Notes: a model not told the origin generated them from the sequence alone. 64,000 nt of DNA from Patescibacteria group bacterium (GCA_038062915.1 JBBTWD010000016.1:27522-91521); one strand, 5' to 3'; counted from the stretch's first letter, positions 1 to 8,795 are shown. Numbers and translations are program-made.

Positions 1-461
1 ATGAAAGCGGTTATTGGTAACAAACTAACCCTTTTTTCTTTTAATATTTTAACTCCAAGAAATATAAATAATGATGTGAATAAAAAGTGAAGTGCGTGTG
101 GATCGGCTTTAATAGCAACTGTCCACAAAGTTGGATTGACCGAAAGAAGAATCCCAAAAGTTATTGCAAGGAATAATTTTTTTGTAAGCTTGAATAGTAA
201 ATAAGAAAAAATATAAATACCCAGACTAACAAATATTGCCGAAAGAAAGTTCATTCTCCAGGCCACTGAATTAAAATGGAATATGGTCAGAAATATTTTA
301 CCAATGACCACATAAGTTGGGTAACCAGTAGGGTGGCCGATATCGAATGTGTAAGGGATGGTTTGAAATTCACCTGTGTCCCAAAATCCCACACCAGGCA
401 ATAAAGTTTTCAAATAAATCGCGAGAGGTAGTATGAAGGCAAGTATTAAAAACTTACCCAT
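1..461 (-). CDS. DUF2723/TMEM260-like GT-C glycosyltransferase, 5' part (runs off window start)
   Basis: Not in the ORF track; manual translation from ATG 461: MGKFLILAFILPLAIYLKTLLPGVGFWDTGEFQTIPYTFDIGHPTGYPTY (D-x-G-E-F and HPxGYP motifs). Confidence 0.8.
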   Translation of the reverse strand, partial: MGKFLILAFILPLAIYLKTLLPGVGFWDTGEFQTIPYTFDIGHPTGYPTYVVIGKIFLTIFHFNSVAWRMNFLSAIFVSLGIYIFSYLLFKLTKKLFLAITFGILLSVNPTLWTVAIKADPHALHFLFTSLFIFLGVKILKEKRVSLLPITAF

Positions 462-1591
462 CCGAATTTGTTTATCCATATAACTCCCCAGAGGTTAACA
501 ACTACTCCAATAAAAAGTAGTATCCAATGATATTTTTTCAAACCCACTTTCTCGATGCCTTTAATGGTCAAAAGTGTCAAGAATGGATAAAAATCGACTG
601 CATACCTATAACCAAACTGGGTCCAACCTGTTCCACCTCTTAATGCAACTAGTATAAAGATCAAAATGACGGCTAGCCACAGCATCTTTGTGAGATTTTC
701 TTTAATTGGTGACCAAAACGCAAAAATGAAAACCGGGGTAGTTATCCAAATGGCAAGTCCGTACCACGAGGGTTGAATATATGGTGGGTGATTAAAAAAG
801 TTAGGAAGTTTTAGGAAGAGTATTTTTAAATGTTCTGGAATATAGGCGATATTTAGCATACCCTTAGAAAACCAGGGTTCAGAATAAATCCCAGGTATTA
901 GGAAGTATCCCTTATCTAAAACTGTCCCAAATCTTATAAAATTGTAGTAAAAATTAAACAATACAAAAGGAAGAATACCCAGTCCTAGATAAAAATATTT
1001 TTTAAACCAATCCTTATTAGCTAGTAGGTACAAAAACAAAGGAAGGGATAAAATTGTATGTAGACGTGATAAAAATGCGCTACCCAAAAAGATTCCAATG
1101 AGAAAAGAACGCCTTTTATTTAAACTTTCGTAAAGTGCAGCTGTAGTCAAAAAAGCGGCACTAACTTGCCCCAAATACCAAACCGAACCGGTTGCGGAAA
1201 GATACCAGACAATGCTTCCAAAGCCAATCATTATTCCAAAAAAAATAGCTAGTGGATAACTCTTTTTAAGTTTGTAAGAAATGGCCATTGTTAAAATAAT
1301 AATTCCAGCTCCCAAAATATGCGCTAGATATTGTTGTTCAAAGTTTTTTCCGAAGAAATAGACAAAAGGAAATGATAAAATTGCTGGCATAGGCGGCTGG
1401 ATTACATAGAACCTGCCTCCTGGCCCGGGAACCAGTTCAGATAACCAGTGGGGATTTTCACTTAGGTAGTATTTACCCTGCAGAAACGAACTGGAAAGTC
1501 GGGTAAAATAATCGTAAGGGGTTTTTCCTGCGGAAGTTAAATAATAAACAATGAGAGAAAAGACAAAAGCTAAAATAAAAAGTTTTTTCAT
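446..1591 (-). CDS. Polytopic membrane protein, putative GT-C glycosyltransferase
   Basis: 381 aa, many TM segments, late QFGYRYAVDFYP motif typical of GT-C proteins; neighbours are GT-C. Confidence 0.6.
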   Translation of the reverse strand: MKKLFILAFVFSLIVYYLTSAGKTPYDYFTRLSSSFLQGKYYLSENPHWLSELVPGPGGRFYVIQPPMPAILSFPFVYFFGKNFEQQYLAHILGAGIIILTMAISYKLKKSYPLAIFFGIMIGFGSIVWYLSATGSVWYLGQVSAAFLTTAALYESLNKRRSFLIGIFLGSAFLSRLHTILSLPLFLYLLANKDWFKKYFYLGLGILPFVLFNFYYNFIRFGTVLDKGYFLIPGIYSEPWFSKGMLNIAYIPEHLKILFLKLPNFFNHPPYIQPSWYGLAIWITTPVFIFAFWSPIKENLTKMLWLAVILIFILVALRGGTGWTQFGYRYAVDFYPFLTLLTIKGIEKVGLKKYHWILLFIGVVVNLWGVIWINKFGWVSF

Positions 1592-3950
1592 ACATCCTAT
1601 TTTATACGTTTTATTCTTAGGATTAATAGTTAGACTTATTCTTTCGAATTTTGGAACCCTTCATCTTGATCAAGGGACTTTTACGGCGTGGAGCCGAATT
1701 CTTGCCGACGGAGGACTTAAGACTTTTTACAACGGTTGGAGTGACTACCTCCCGGGGTATTTATATGTTCTCTGGTTTTTGGGAAAAATAAATTTGCTGA
1801 ACATATTACCTCAAGTTGTTCTTTATAAACTTCCAGCAATTTTTGCCGACATATTTACTGGATACTTGATATATAAAATAGTCGGTAGAAAGTTTGGGAC
1901 ATTGGGTGCAAGTTTGTATATTTTTAATCCGGCAATTTTTGCCAATTCGACACTTTGGGGCCAAGTCGATTCGTTTACTATCCTATTTTCTTTGTTAGCT
2001 ATTTATTTACTACCCATACACTATCCGCTATCCGCCATTGCCTTGTCCGTAGGTACTCTTATTAAACCTCAAGCCGCATTCATAGCTCCACTTATCTTGA
2101 TAATGATGATTAGACACAAGTTTTCTCTAGCAAAAGTTTTAGCATTTATCTTTTTAGCATTTAGTATTTTTGTTCTCGCCTTTGTTCCTTTTTGGAACCA
2201 TGGAAATTTATTTGAGTTTATTTTTGGCCGTTTGACGGTCTCTGCAAATCAATATCCTTACACTGCCGTTAACGCATTTAATTTCTGGGGTCTTTTTGGT
2301 CAGTGGAAGCCAGATAATTTATATTTTCAATTTGGGGGTTATTTAATATTTTTGATCTCGTTTATTATTTTTGCAAAAAAAATAAAATCACAATATCTGC
2401 TTGCTGCCTTTTCTTTTTTGTTTTCTTTTTTGTTTTTTACTAGAATGCACGAAAGACACCTCCTCCCTGTTTTTGCCCCTTTGACAATACTTACAGCTAC
2501 CGAATCACTATACCTAATACCACTAGTTGGTCTCTCTTTTGCTTATATTTTAAATCTTCTCTACTCATATAGATGGATAACCAGTGATTTCTTGGTTTCA
2601 TTTGAGCCGTTTCCCGTAATAATTTTGAGTCTTGTTTCTTTCTTAATGCTCTTGTTTATTTCCCTGAAAACCAAAAATGTAAAAATACTGATTAATTCCC
2701 TGGTTAAATTCTTTAACAAAGGCAGGAAAGTTGTCCCCGAGAAGTTCCCCAAGTTTGCCATTCTACGTTCTACATCCTACTTGTTACTGTCCGTCATTCT
2801 TCTTTTTTCTTTTATATCACGAGTATATAAATTAAGTGAACCACCAAAAGATTATTTTGATGAGATTTATCACGCCTTCACCGCCCGTCTTGTTTTGCAT
2901 AATGACCCCAAGGCCTGGGAATGGTGGAATCCACATCCGGAAGGTTTTGCCTATGAGTGGACCCACCCGCCGCTTTCTAAATTAATGATGGCGGGGAGCA
3001 TGAAGATTCTTGGTGAAAATGCTTTTGGCTGGAGATTCCCGCAGGCGATTTTTGGAACGCTATCAATATTCATGATTTACCTTCTTTCCAAGAAAATATT
3101 TAACGACGAAATAATCAGTCTTTTATCCACGTTTATTTTCTCATTAGATGGGCTTTTTTTAGTGCTATCAAGAATGGCCATGAATGACGTCTATGTTTTA
3201 TTCTTCATGCTTTTAACGATTTATCTTTTTTTGAAAGAAAAAGATTTTTGGTCGGCGATTTCTTTGGGTCTTGCAATTGCTTCAAAATGGTCAGCCATTT
3301 GGGTAATTCCGATTTTATTTATCTTGTGGTTAAAACGTAAAAACAAATTCAAGCTTTCGACATTCTTGTTTTTTGGTCTATTACCTATTACTTGTTACAT
3401 ATTAACTTACCTACCTATGTTTTTAACCGGTCATGACTTGGGAACCTGGTGGGGGATGCAGAAACAGATGTGGTGGTACCATACTGGCCTACGTGCGACT
3501 CATCCATATACATCTGCCTGGTGGAGCTGGCCACTAATGACCCGGCCTGTTTACCTTTACACAAGCGATGAGGTGGGTGGCTTTGTCAGCAGAATCTATG
3601 CGATAGGAAACCCGCTTGTTTTTTGGTTTGGTTTAGTATCTATTTTTATGTCTTCAGTTTTTGCATATATTGAGCGAAATAGAAAACTTGGCTTAGTCGT
3701 GTTTGCATATTTAATCTTTTTTGTTCCGTGGGCAATCTCGCCTAGAATAATGTTTCTATATCATTATTTACCATCAATACCATTTTTGGCGATAGCCACG
3801 GGTTACATTCTTCGTCGAAACCCCAAGCTTGCTACATACTACATTCTACTTGCTACTGTTTTATTTGTTTACTTCTACCCTCACTGGGCAGGACTACAAA
3901 TTCCTCTTTGGCTAGACAAATCCTACTATTGGATGGAAAGCTGGAGATAA
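1551..3950 (+). CDS. Two-module GT-C protein: N-terminal mannosyltransferase-like domain fused to a PMT (GT39) protein O-mannosyltransferase
   Basis: 799 aa; N half DYLPGY, WGQVDS, IKPQ, RMHERH; C half YFDEIY, HPPLSK, ASKWS, HPYTSAWWSWPL, MFLYHYLP. Confidence 0.8.
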   Translation: MREKTKAKIKSFFIHPILYVLFLGLIVRLILSNFGTLHLDQGTFTAWSRILADGGLKTFYNGWSDYLPGYLYVLWFLGKINLLNILPQVVLYKLPAIFADIFTGYLIYKIVGRKFGTLGASLYIFNPAIFANSTLWGQVDSFTILFSLLAIYLLPIHYPLSAIALSVGTLIKPQAAFIAPLILIMMIRHKFSLAKVLAFIFLAFSIFVLAFVPFWNHGNLFEFIFGRLTVSANQYPYTAVNAFNFWGLFGQWKPDNLYFQFGGYLIFLISFIIFAKKIKSQYLLAAFSFLFSFLFFTRMHERHLLPVFAPLTILTATESLYLIPLVGLSFAYILNLLYSYRWITSDFLVSFEPFPVIILSLVSFLMLLFISLKTKNVKILINSLVKFFNKGRKVVPEKFPKFAILRSTSYLLLSVILLFSFISRVYKLSEPPKDYFDEIYHAFTARLVLHNDPKAWEWWNPHPEGFAYEWTHPPLSKLMMAGSMKILGENAFGWRFPQAIFGTLSIFMIYLLSKKIFNDEIISLLSTFIFSLDGLFLVLSRMAMNDVYVLFFMLLTIYLFLKEKDFWSAISLGLAIASKWSAIWVIPILFILWLKRKNKFKLSTFLFFGLLPITCYILTYLPMFLTGHDLGTWWGMQKQMWWYHTGLRATHPYTSAWWSWPLMTRPVYLYTSDEVGGFVSRIYAIGNPLVFWFGLVSIFMSSVFAYIERNRKLGLVVFAYLIFFVPWAISPRIMFLYHYLPSIPFLAIATGYILRRNPKLATYYILLATVLFVYFYPHWAGLQIPLWLDKSYYWMESWR

Positions 3951-3956
3951 GTTACC

Positions 3957-4361
3957 TTATTTTTCGCACTTGAGGATTCTGTCCCATCTTTTACATTGCT
4001 GATTGGTGAAACACCTCTTAAATCGTGTGGAGCATGAACCCCCTCCACAGGGATTATCCGCGTCACACTTGGTATGATTTCCGCCGCCACCCCCTCCGTC
4101 ATCGCTGGGTTCATAGCAACAAACAAGATCGCCTACACTACAGTCATCCGTCCTCCTTTTTTTATCTGGATGTCTACACTCAGGTTCAGACACACAATCG
4201 CCTCGTAATTGCAAACAAGTATCCCCCGCTGCTTTTTCTCGGATGTCTTGGGACTGCTTGACCAGAAGTACGCCGGCGACGATGGCGCCGACCAAAAAAA
4301 TAAGACTAACCAACTGCCAGGGCTTTTTATTTTCCCTTTTTCCTTTAAAAATTCTAAACAT
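3957..4361 (-). CDS. Small membrane-anchored Cys-rich exported protein
   Basis: N-terminal TM followed by KQSQDIREKA, two Cys-rich modules joined by a poly-Gly linker. Confidence 0.7.
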   Translation of the reverse strand: MFRIFKGKRENKKPWQLVSLIFLVGAIVAGVLLVKQSQDIREKAAGDTCLQLRGDCVSEPECRHPDKKRRTDDCSVGDLVCCYEPSDDGGGGGGNHTKCDADNPCGGGSCSTRFKRCFTNQQCKRWDRILKCEK

Positions 4362-4391
4362 GCTTACGTATAAACGCTATTACAAATTAAA

Positions 4392-4931
4392 TTAAATTGC
4401 AAGTAGCAGTGAGCCCATTATGACGAGTATTCCAAGTCCTGCTCCAAATACTGTTGGCCAGCTGGTTCCAGAGTTTGGAAGAGATGGCTGTGTTGGTGTT
4501 TGGGCCGAGGCACCAGCACATGTACAGTCAGTTTCTGCTACACACGAGGCGTTTCGGCAGAATCCCTGGTAGCAAATAAGATCACTCCCGCAGTTACTAT
4601 TGCTCCCACATGTTCCTCCGCAGGAATTTGGAGTACCGGGAGGTGAAGTTGGGGATTCAGTTGGCGTTGATGTTGCGGTACTGGTTGCCGTAGAAGTGGC
4701 GGTCGATGTTGCGGTTGCCGTGGCTGTAGCTGTAGCTGTTGATGTCGCACCAATCGTAAATGACAATGAGCAATTATTTGTTTCTGCAGCCCTTGGTTTA
4801 CTAGATGGTACATTTGGAGCCACCGGCTGTGCTCTCAATTGGTAAAGCCTGATAGCGGTAAAAATAGCAACTCCAGCTAGAACTAGAGTTATGATTATTA
4901 TTATTCCGGTTACAAATTTAGATTTTTTCAT
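4392..4931 (-). CDS. Surface protein with Thr/Ala-rich stalk, Cys-rich domain and LPNSG sorting-like signal
   Basis: N-terminal TM, TATATATSTATST tract, 8-Cys module, C-terminal LPNSG plus hydrophobic segment. Confidence 0.75.
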   Translation of the reverse strand: MKKSKFVTGIIIIITLVLAGVAIFTAIRLYQLRAQPVAPNVPSSKPRAAETNNCSLSFTIGATSTATATATATATSTATSTATSTATSTPTESPTSPPGTPNSCGGTCGSNSNCGSDLICYQGFCRNASCVAETDCTCAGASAQTPTQPSLPNSGTSWPTVFGAGLGILVIMGSLLLAI

Positions 4932-4932
4932 A

Positions 4933-5781
4933 TTATTTCCATTGATTTAATATTTTAACTTGTGCTGAAATGTTAAATGTTGTTGTTCCTGCCGGAATTG
5001 TATAAAGATCACAAAATTCATTCTTGCCCCCGCCCGGCCTTTTACCTATCGTTTCCGGCCTTGTGGTTCCATTAACAGTGAACCTTGCGGCTGTAAATTG
5101 AACTCGATCTTGTGCTGGGGTAGTAGTTCCAGTTGCACAGAAATTAACTTGGTTATTAGCTTTGAGGCTAGAAAGCTGAGCTACACTTAGTTGCGTCCAT
5201 GTTGGAGAATAGGCTTTAATATTTTGACAACTAGCGGTGGGAGTGCCATCACCATCATTTACAACACATCTACCACACTTGTCACCAGAAAGAGGTATCC
5301 ATTTACATTTATCTGCCTTTTCTATAGTACATTCCCGTTCGGCAGTTGCGCAGTCTGTTGCCCCAGATTCAGAACAAGTTTCTTCGTATGCTTTTTCTGA
5401 AACACTTTGTTTTTGTTGGGTCAAGATTACTCCTCCGGCGATGCCGCCAATTAATAAAAATAATCCCAATATTGTTGCGATGATTTTTCCTCCGCCGAAT
5501 TTTTTCTTTGGTGGTGGGGAAACCATCATTGAGGACACGTCGTCTAGTGGTGCAGCTGTTCCACCACTTTCACTGGCGATTGGAGACTGGAGATTGGAGA
5601 CTGGCTGCGAGTCTTCAGTTGGCATAGATGAAATATCTGAAGTATCTGCCATTTGAAAGTCAGGGACAGTTATAACTGGATTATCGTCAACTGGGGGAAC
5701 TACCGGAGTTTGAACCGGATCTGTTTGAGTTGGGTCCAACTTCGCTGAAGCTCCGCTGGATAAATCAGATTGATTGGGCAT
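4933..5781 (-). CDS. Membrane-anchored protein: disordered N-terminus, TM, Cys-rich and beta-rich external part
   Basis: ORF track 4933..5796; ATG 5781 is the likelier start; TM followed by TQQKQSVSEKA. Confidence 0.7.
   Translation of the reverse strand: MPNQSDLSSGASAKLDPTQTDPVQTPVVPPVDDNPVITVPDFQMADTSDISSMPTEDSQPVSNLQSPIASESGGTAAPLDDVSSMMVSPPPKKKFGGGKIIATILGLFLLIGGIAGGVILTQQKQSVSEKAYEETCSESGATDCATAERECTIEKADKCKWIPLSGDKCGRCVVNDGDGTPTASCQNIKAYSPTWTQLSVAQLSSLKANNQVNFCATGTTTPAQDRVQFTAARFTVNGTTRPETIGKRPGGGKNEFCDLYTIPAGTTTFNISAQVKILNQWK
5572..5606. repeat. Heptamer tandem array AYTGGNN x5 inside CDS
   Basis: actggcg attggag actggag attggag actggct. Confidence 0.7.
5735..5760. repeat. REP-like palindrome, family B (TCC-NN-CTTCGCT..AGCTYCG-NN-GGA), inside CDS
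   Basis: tccaacttcgctgaagctccgctgga; same layout as 21138..21169. Confidence 0.55.
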
Positions 5782-7075
5782 GTTTATAGGTAACAAAAGA
5801 CAGCGCCATAACGCCTATACCCAGAATAGAGAAAAGAATGGTCGGAGTCAAGTTACCAGTTTGAGGAATAGGCGCTGGGCTTGCAGTTACTTTTGGACTA
5901 GACGTTGGTTTAGCATTTGACGAGGCGGTGGGAGTTGGGGTTGCAGTTGTGGTCTCTCCAGAACCAGATGCCTCAAAGGCCGGAGCTTCACCCGCTTGAA
6001 CAACAAAATTTCTAGTTAGTTTTCTGGTTATTCCGGTTATATCTTTCCAGGAAATAGTAATTTTATGAACTCCAGGACTTAAATTTTCCGGTGGATTCCA
6101 ATTCCAAGATCCGGCAGTGCCAATAGTGACGGATGCTGTTATGGGATTTTCAGACTCGACAGTTATTGTTAATATAGTTCCTTTTGGCCCGTCACCAAAA
6201 AATTCTGGTTCGGTGCTAGTTACCACCTCTCCATCATCTAAACTCTCAAGGGTTACACTTTGAGCTGGTCCAGAAACGGGGACATTGTCGGCTACGGCGA
6301 ACTTGGATTTTTCTTCTGAATTTTCAGGAAGATCGACTTCGGCATTAGGTGTTCCTCCAGATGTTGATATTGGAAGGCTTCGAAAATCATGTGTTTGCCC
6401 AAGTACCATGGGTGGGGCGGGTTTAGCAGATTGTGGAAAAATTTGAGCGGTTGAAACATCCCCAGTTCCTGTCTCCACAAAAATTTCAACTAAGGTTTGC
6501 GCCTCGTTGATTTCTAGCAAGTTTTTTAAATCTTGAGTTCTTGTAGCCCCTAACTGAAAAACATAATTGCCGGTAGGAGAGGTTAATGTTGAGAGTATAT
6601 ATCCTTGAATATTTGCATAAACTAAGGCATTTTTGATTGTTTCCCCAGTTGAACTTATTACCGATCCTGATATAAGCACAGAATTTTCGCTAACATTTAA
6701 AGCAGATCCTGTTTTTGTTTTCCAGGGAATCCCATTGTTGTCAAACAGTATTCCTCCTGAATTTATTTTATAGGAGTATTCAGTTTCAGCCTTAAGATCG
6801 TTTAGTGCCACACTGTGAGTGAAAGACTTTTTGCTATCTTGAACCAATTTGTTTTGACCCCAAAGCACAAACCCGACAGACTCCTTGTCTGTAACCCAAG
6901 AGATTGTCAGACTAGTATCTGAAATATTAGAAACCCGTATATTTTTAGGCATTGCCTCTCCGGATGCTCCTAATCTAAAAATAGCTCTCGAATTAACTAA
7001 TATAACTCCAAAAAGTGTTCCAACAATTAAAACTATTAGTCCGAGTATTGTTGGAAGTTTATTTTTTTTAATCAT
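5765..7075 (-). CDS. Fibronectin-III/Ig-like surface protein with IPQTG sortase-type signal
   Basis: N-terminal TM, PKNIRVSNISDTSLTISWVT (Fn3-like), Ig-like domain, Thr/Pro stalk, IPQTG+TM+KH; ATG 7075 is the likely start. Confidence 0.8.
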   Translation of the reverse strand: MIKKNKLPTILGLIVLIVGTLFGVILVNSRAIFRLGASGEAMPKNIRVSNISDTSLTISWVTDKESVGFVLWGQNKLVQDSKKSFTHSVALNDLKAETEYSYKINSGGILFDNNGIPWKTKTGSALNVSENSVLISGSVISSTGETIKNALVYANIQGYILSTLTSPTGNYVFQLGATRTQDLKNLLEINEAQTLVEIFVETGTGDVSTAQIFPQSAKPAPPMVLGQTHDFRSLPISTSGGTPNAEVDLPENSEEKSKFAVADNVPVSGPAQSVTLESLDDGEVVTSTEPEFFGDGPKGTILTITVESENPITASVTIGTAGSWNWNPPENLSPGVHKITISWKDITGITRKLTRNFVVQAGEAPAFEASGSGETTTATPTPTASSNAKPTSSPKVTASPAPIPQTGNLTPTILFSILGIGVMALSFVTYKHAQSI

Positions 7076-7139
7076 AAGCGTAGCTTGTGACAAACTTTGT
7101 TTATCATAAGCGTAGCTTGTGACAAACTTTGTTTATCAT
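7071..7139. repeat. Perfect 32-bp tandem duplication (2 copies + 5 bp)
   Basis: atcataagcgtagcttgtgacaaactttgttt at 7071 and 7103, then atcat. Confidence 0.95.
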
Positions 7140-7145
7140 GAAATG

Positions 7146-7340
7146 TTACTCATTTCTATTTTGAATATCTCTAATAATATCTTGATCTAGGAATGGCACC
7201 AATGGTTTTGAGATTTCATCAGGTACCACCAAAGATGGTTTTACGACAACTGCTCGGTAAACGCTTAAAGATATCCACATAATTGCAGTTAGGGTTGTCA
7301 AAATTAAAATTGTAACAATGTTAGGAATTTTGTTTTTCAC
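7146..7340 (-). CDS. Small single-TM protein downstream of pilO
   Basis: 64 aa; GTG start overlaps the pilO stop. Confidence 0.65.
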   Translation of the reverse strand: MKNKIPNIVTILILTTLTAIMWISLSVYRAVVVKPSLVVPDEISKPLVPFLDQDIIRDIQNRNE

Positions 7341-7990
7341 TGGATAAACGGTAACCTGCCTGAAATTATAGCTACAATAATATTTCCACTTTCGGACGTA
7401 GTTGTATTAATTCCAAAGGCATCAATTTTTATCGGACGGCGCAAGTTTTCTAAGTCGCGGGCTGTAGAAATTATTCCCTGATAATTTCCACTAATACTAA
7501 TTGAAACAGTCATTTCTTTTGATCCTGTAGATAATGGTTTTAAACCAGCTTCCTTCTTCTTGGCCTGATCATCTTTTCCCAAAAGTATTATTTCTCCTAC
7601 AGATACACCCAAGACTTGAACGGCGTTTTTGCTTGCGACAGCTTGTATCTGCCCAACAAAAATTTCTGGCTGTGGTTGATTGGGGACGGCCAGGTCTACC
7701 AGTGGAATAACCCCTGAATTTTCAGAATAAAGACTGCTTGCGGTATCTAGATTTGCAATTTTCTGATCAAGTAAAGAAATAGTTTTTTCTTTCTCATTGA
7801 CTTCTTTAACCAAGGAGATAATGGTCAGGGCGGTAGGTTTTAGGGCAAATAAACCAAATATGGTTATTGTAATTAGGGAAAGAATAACTTCCAAAAACAT
7901 CTTGAGGTCACGGCGCTGTTTGTAAAGCACCACGACATTTAAAAAATACTCTTTGTACCGTAAATATTGTCCTCGCCATCCAAGTGCCAT
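7337..7990 (-). CDS. pilO: Type IV pilus assembly PilO-like protein
   Basis: TM, coiled coil, ISISGNYQGI..DLENLRRPIKID motif. Confidence 0.75.
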   Translation of the reverse strand: MALGWRGQYLRYKEYFLNVVVLYKQRRDLKMFLEVILSLITITIFGLFALKPTALTIISLVKEVNEKEKTISLLDQKIANLDTASSLYSENSGVIPLVDLAVPNQPQPEIFVGQIQAVASKNAVQVLGVSVGEIILLGKDDQAKKKEAGLKPLSTGSKEMTVSISISGNYQGIISTARDLENLRRPIKIDAFGINTTTSESGNIIVAIISGRLPFIQ

Positions 7991-7991
7991 A

Positions 7992-8531
7992 TTATTTTAT
8001 TAAAAGCTTGATATTAAAGACTGTTAGTGACGGATTATTTTCTGATGAATTTAGTTGACCGAGAGATATGTCTTTAAATGCGGCATCGGCGTTTAGATTG
8101 GAAATAAATTGAGCAATTCCCATTTCACTTCCAGCAACTCCTTTGATTTGGGCTGAAGTTTCCTGAAATGATATCGACTGAAGGCTAACCTCACCGGGTA
8201 CCTTGGCAACGATTTTAGCTATAGTATCGGAAGGTTTTTTCTCTTTTGATAGATCTTTAAAAATTTGGAGTTTTGCTTGTAAAGTTCTAAAACTTTTTTC
8301 AAAATCACTTTGGGCTTTTATTTGGGCAGTCTTAATTTGTAGTTGATCGTTTAGATCAGAGTTTTGAGCATCTAACCAAAATCGGGAAAGAAATGCTCCC
8401 ATAACTACCATTTCGGTGATTATTACAATATACCTAAAAGATGTCATTGCCCAACGAAGCAATCTCCCTAGCGTTGAAGCCTCAAATTCTTCTTGAGGAA
8501 GTAGATTGATTAACTTTTTTTTGGTAGCCAT
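7992..8531 (-). CDS. pilN: Type IV pilus assembly PilN-like protein
   Basis: INLLP N-terminal motif, TM, coiled coil, IKGVA..IAQFISNL. Confidence 0.85.
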   Translation of the reverse strand: MATKKKLINLLPQEEFEASTLGRLLRWAMTSFRYIVIITEMVVMGAFLSRFWLDAQNSDLNDQLQIKTAQIKAQSDFEKSFRTLQAKLQIFKDLSKEKKPSDTIAKIVAKVPGEVSLQSISFQETSAQIKGVAGSEMGIAQFISNLNADAAFKDISLGQLNSSENNPSLTVFNIKLLIK

Positions 8532-8546
8532 GCTACTTTCAATATA

Positions 8547-8795
8547 CTATTTTGATTTTGTTTTTGGAAGAAGCTTTGACAAAGCGCTTTTAATCCTGGC
8601 GGATTTATTTTTGTGGATAACTTTCTTTTTTGTGGCCCTGTCAGCCAATGAAGTTGCTTTGAATATCGAGTCTAGACTCTTAAGTTTTCTAGCTTTTCTT
8701 AAGGCCACTTCAAGCTTTGAAATGATAATTTTATTAACACTAGTTTTTTTATGGGAGCTTCTCAAGGCTCTTTTGGCTGTTTTAGTAACCGGCAT
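8547..8795 (-). CDS. rpsT: 30S ribosomal protein S20
   Basis: MPVTKTAKRALR...VIHKNKSARIKS; ATG at 8795. Confidence 0.93.
   Translation of the reverse strand: MPVTKTAKRALRSSHKKTSVNKIIISKLEVALRKARKLKSLDSIFKATSLADRATKKKVIHKNKSARIKSALSKLLPKTKSK

Noticed and set aside
4660-4750. GCTGTA/GTTGCG repeats as a DNA-level repeat element
   Set aside because: Period is a multiple of 3 and is explained by the Thr-Ala/Thr-Ser stalk of the encoded protein
7071-7139. 32-bp repeats as a CRISPR array
   Set aside because: Units are directly adjacent with no spacers, only two copies, and no cas genes in the window
7353-7363. cctgcctg in pilO as a third copy of the family A element
   Set aside because: Only 8 bp match, with no palindromic second arm
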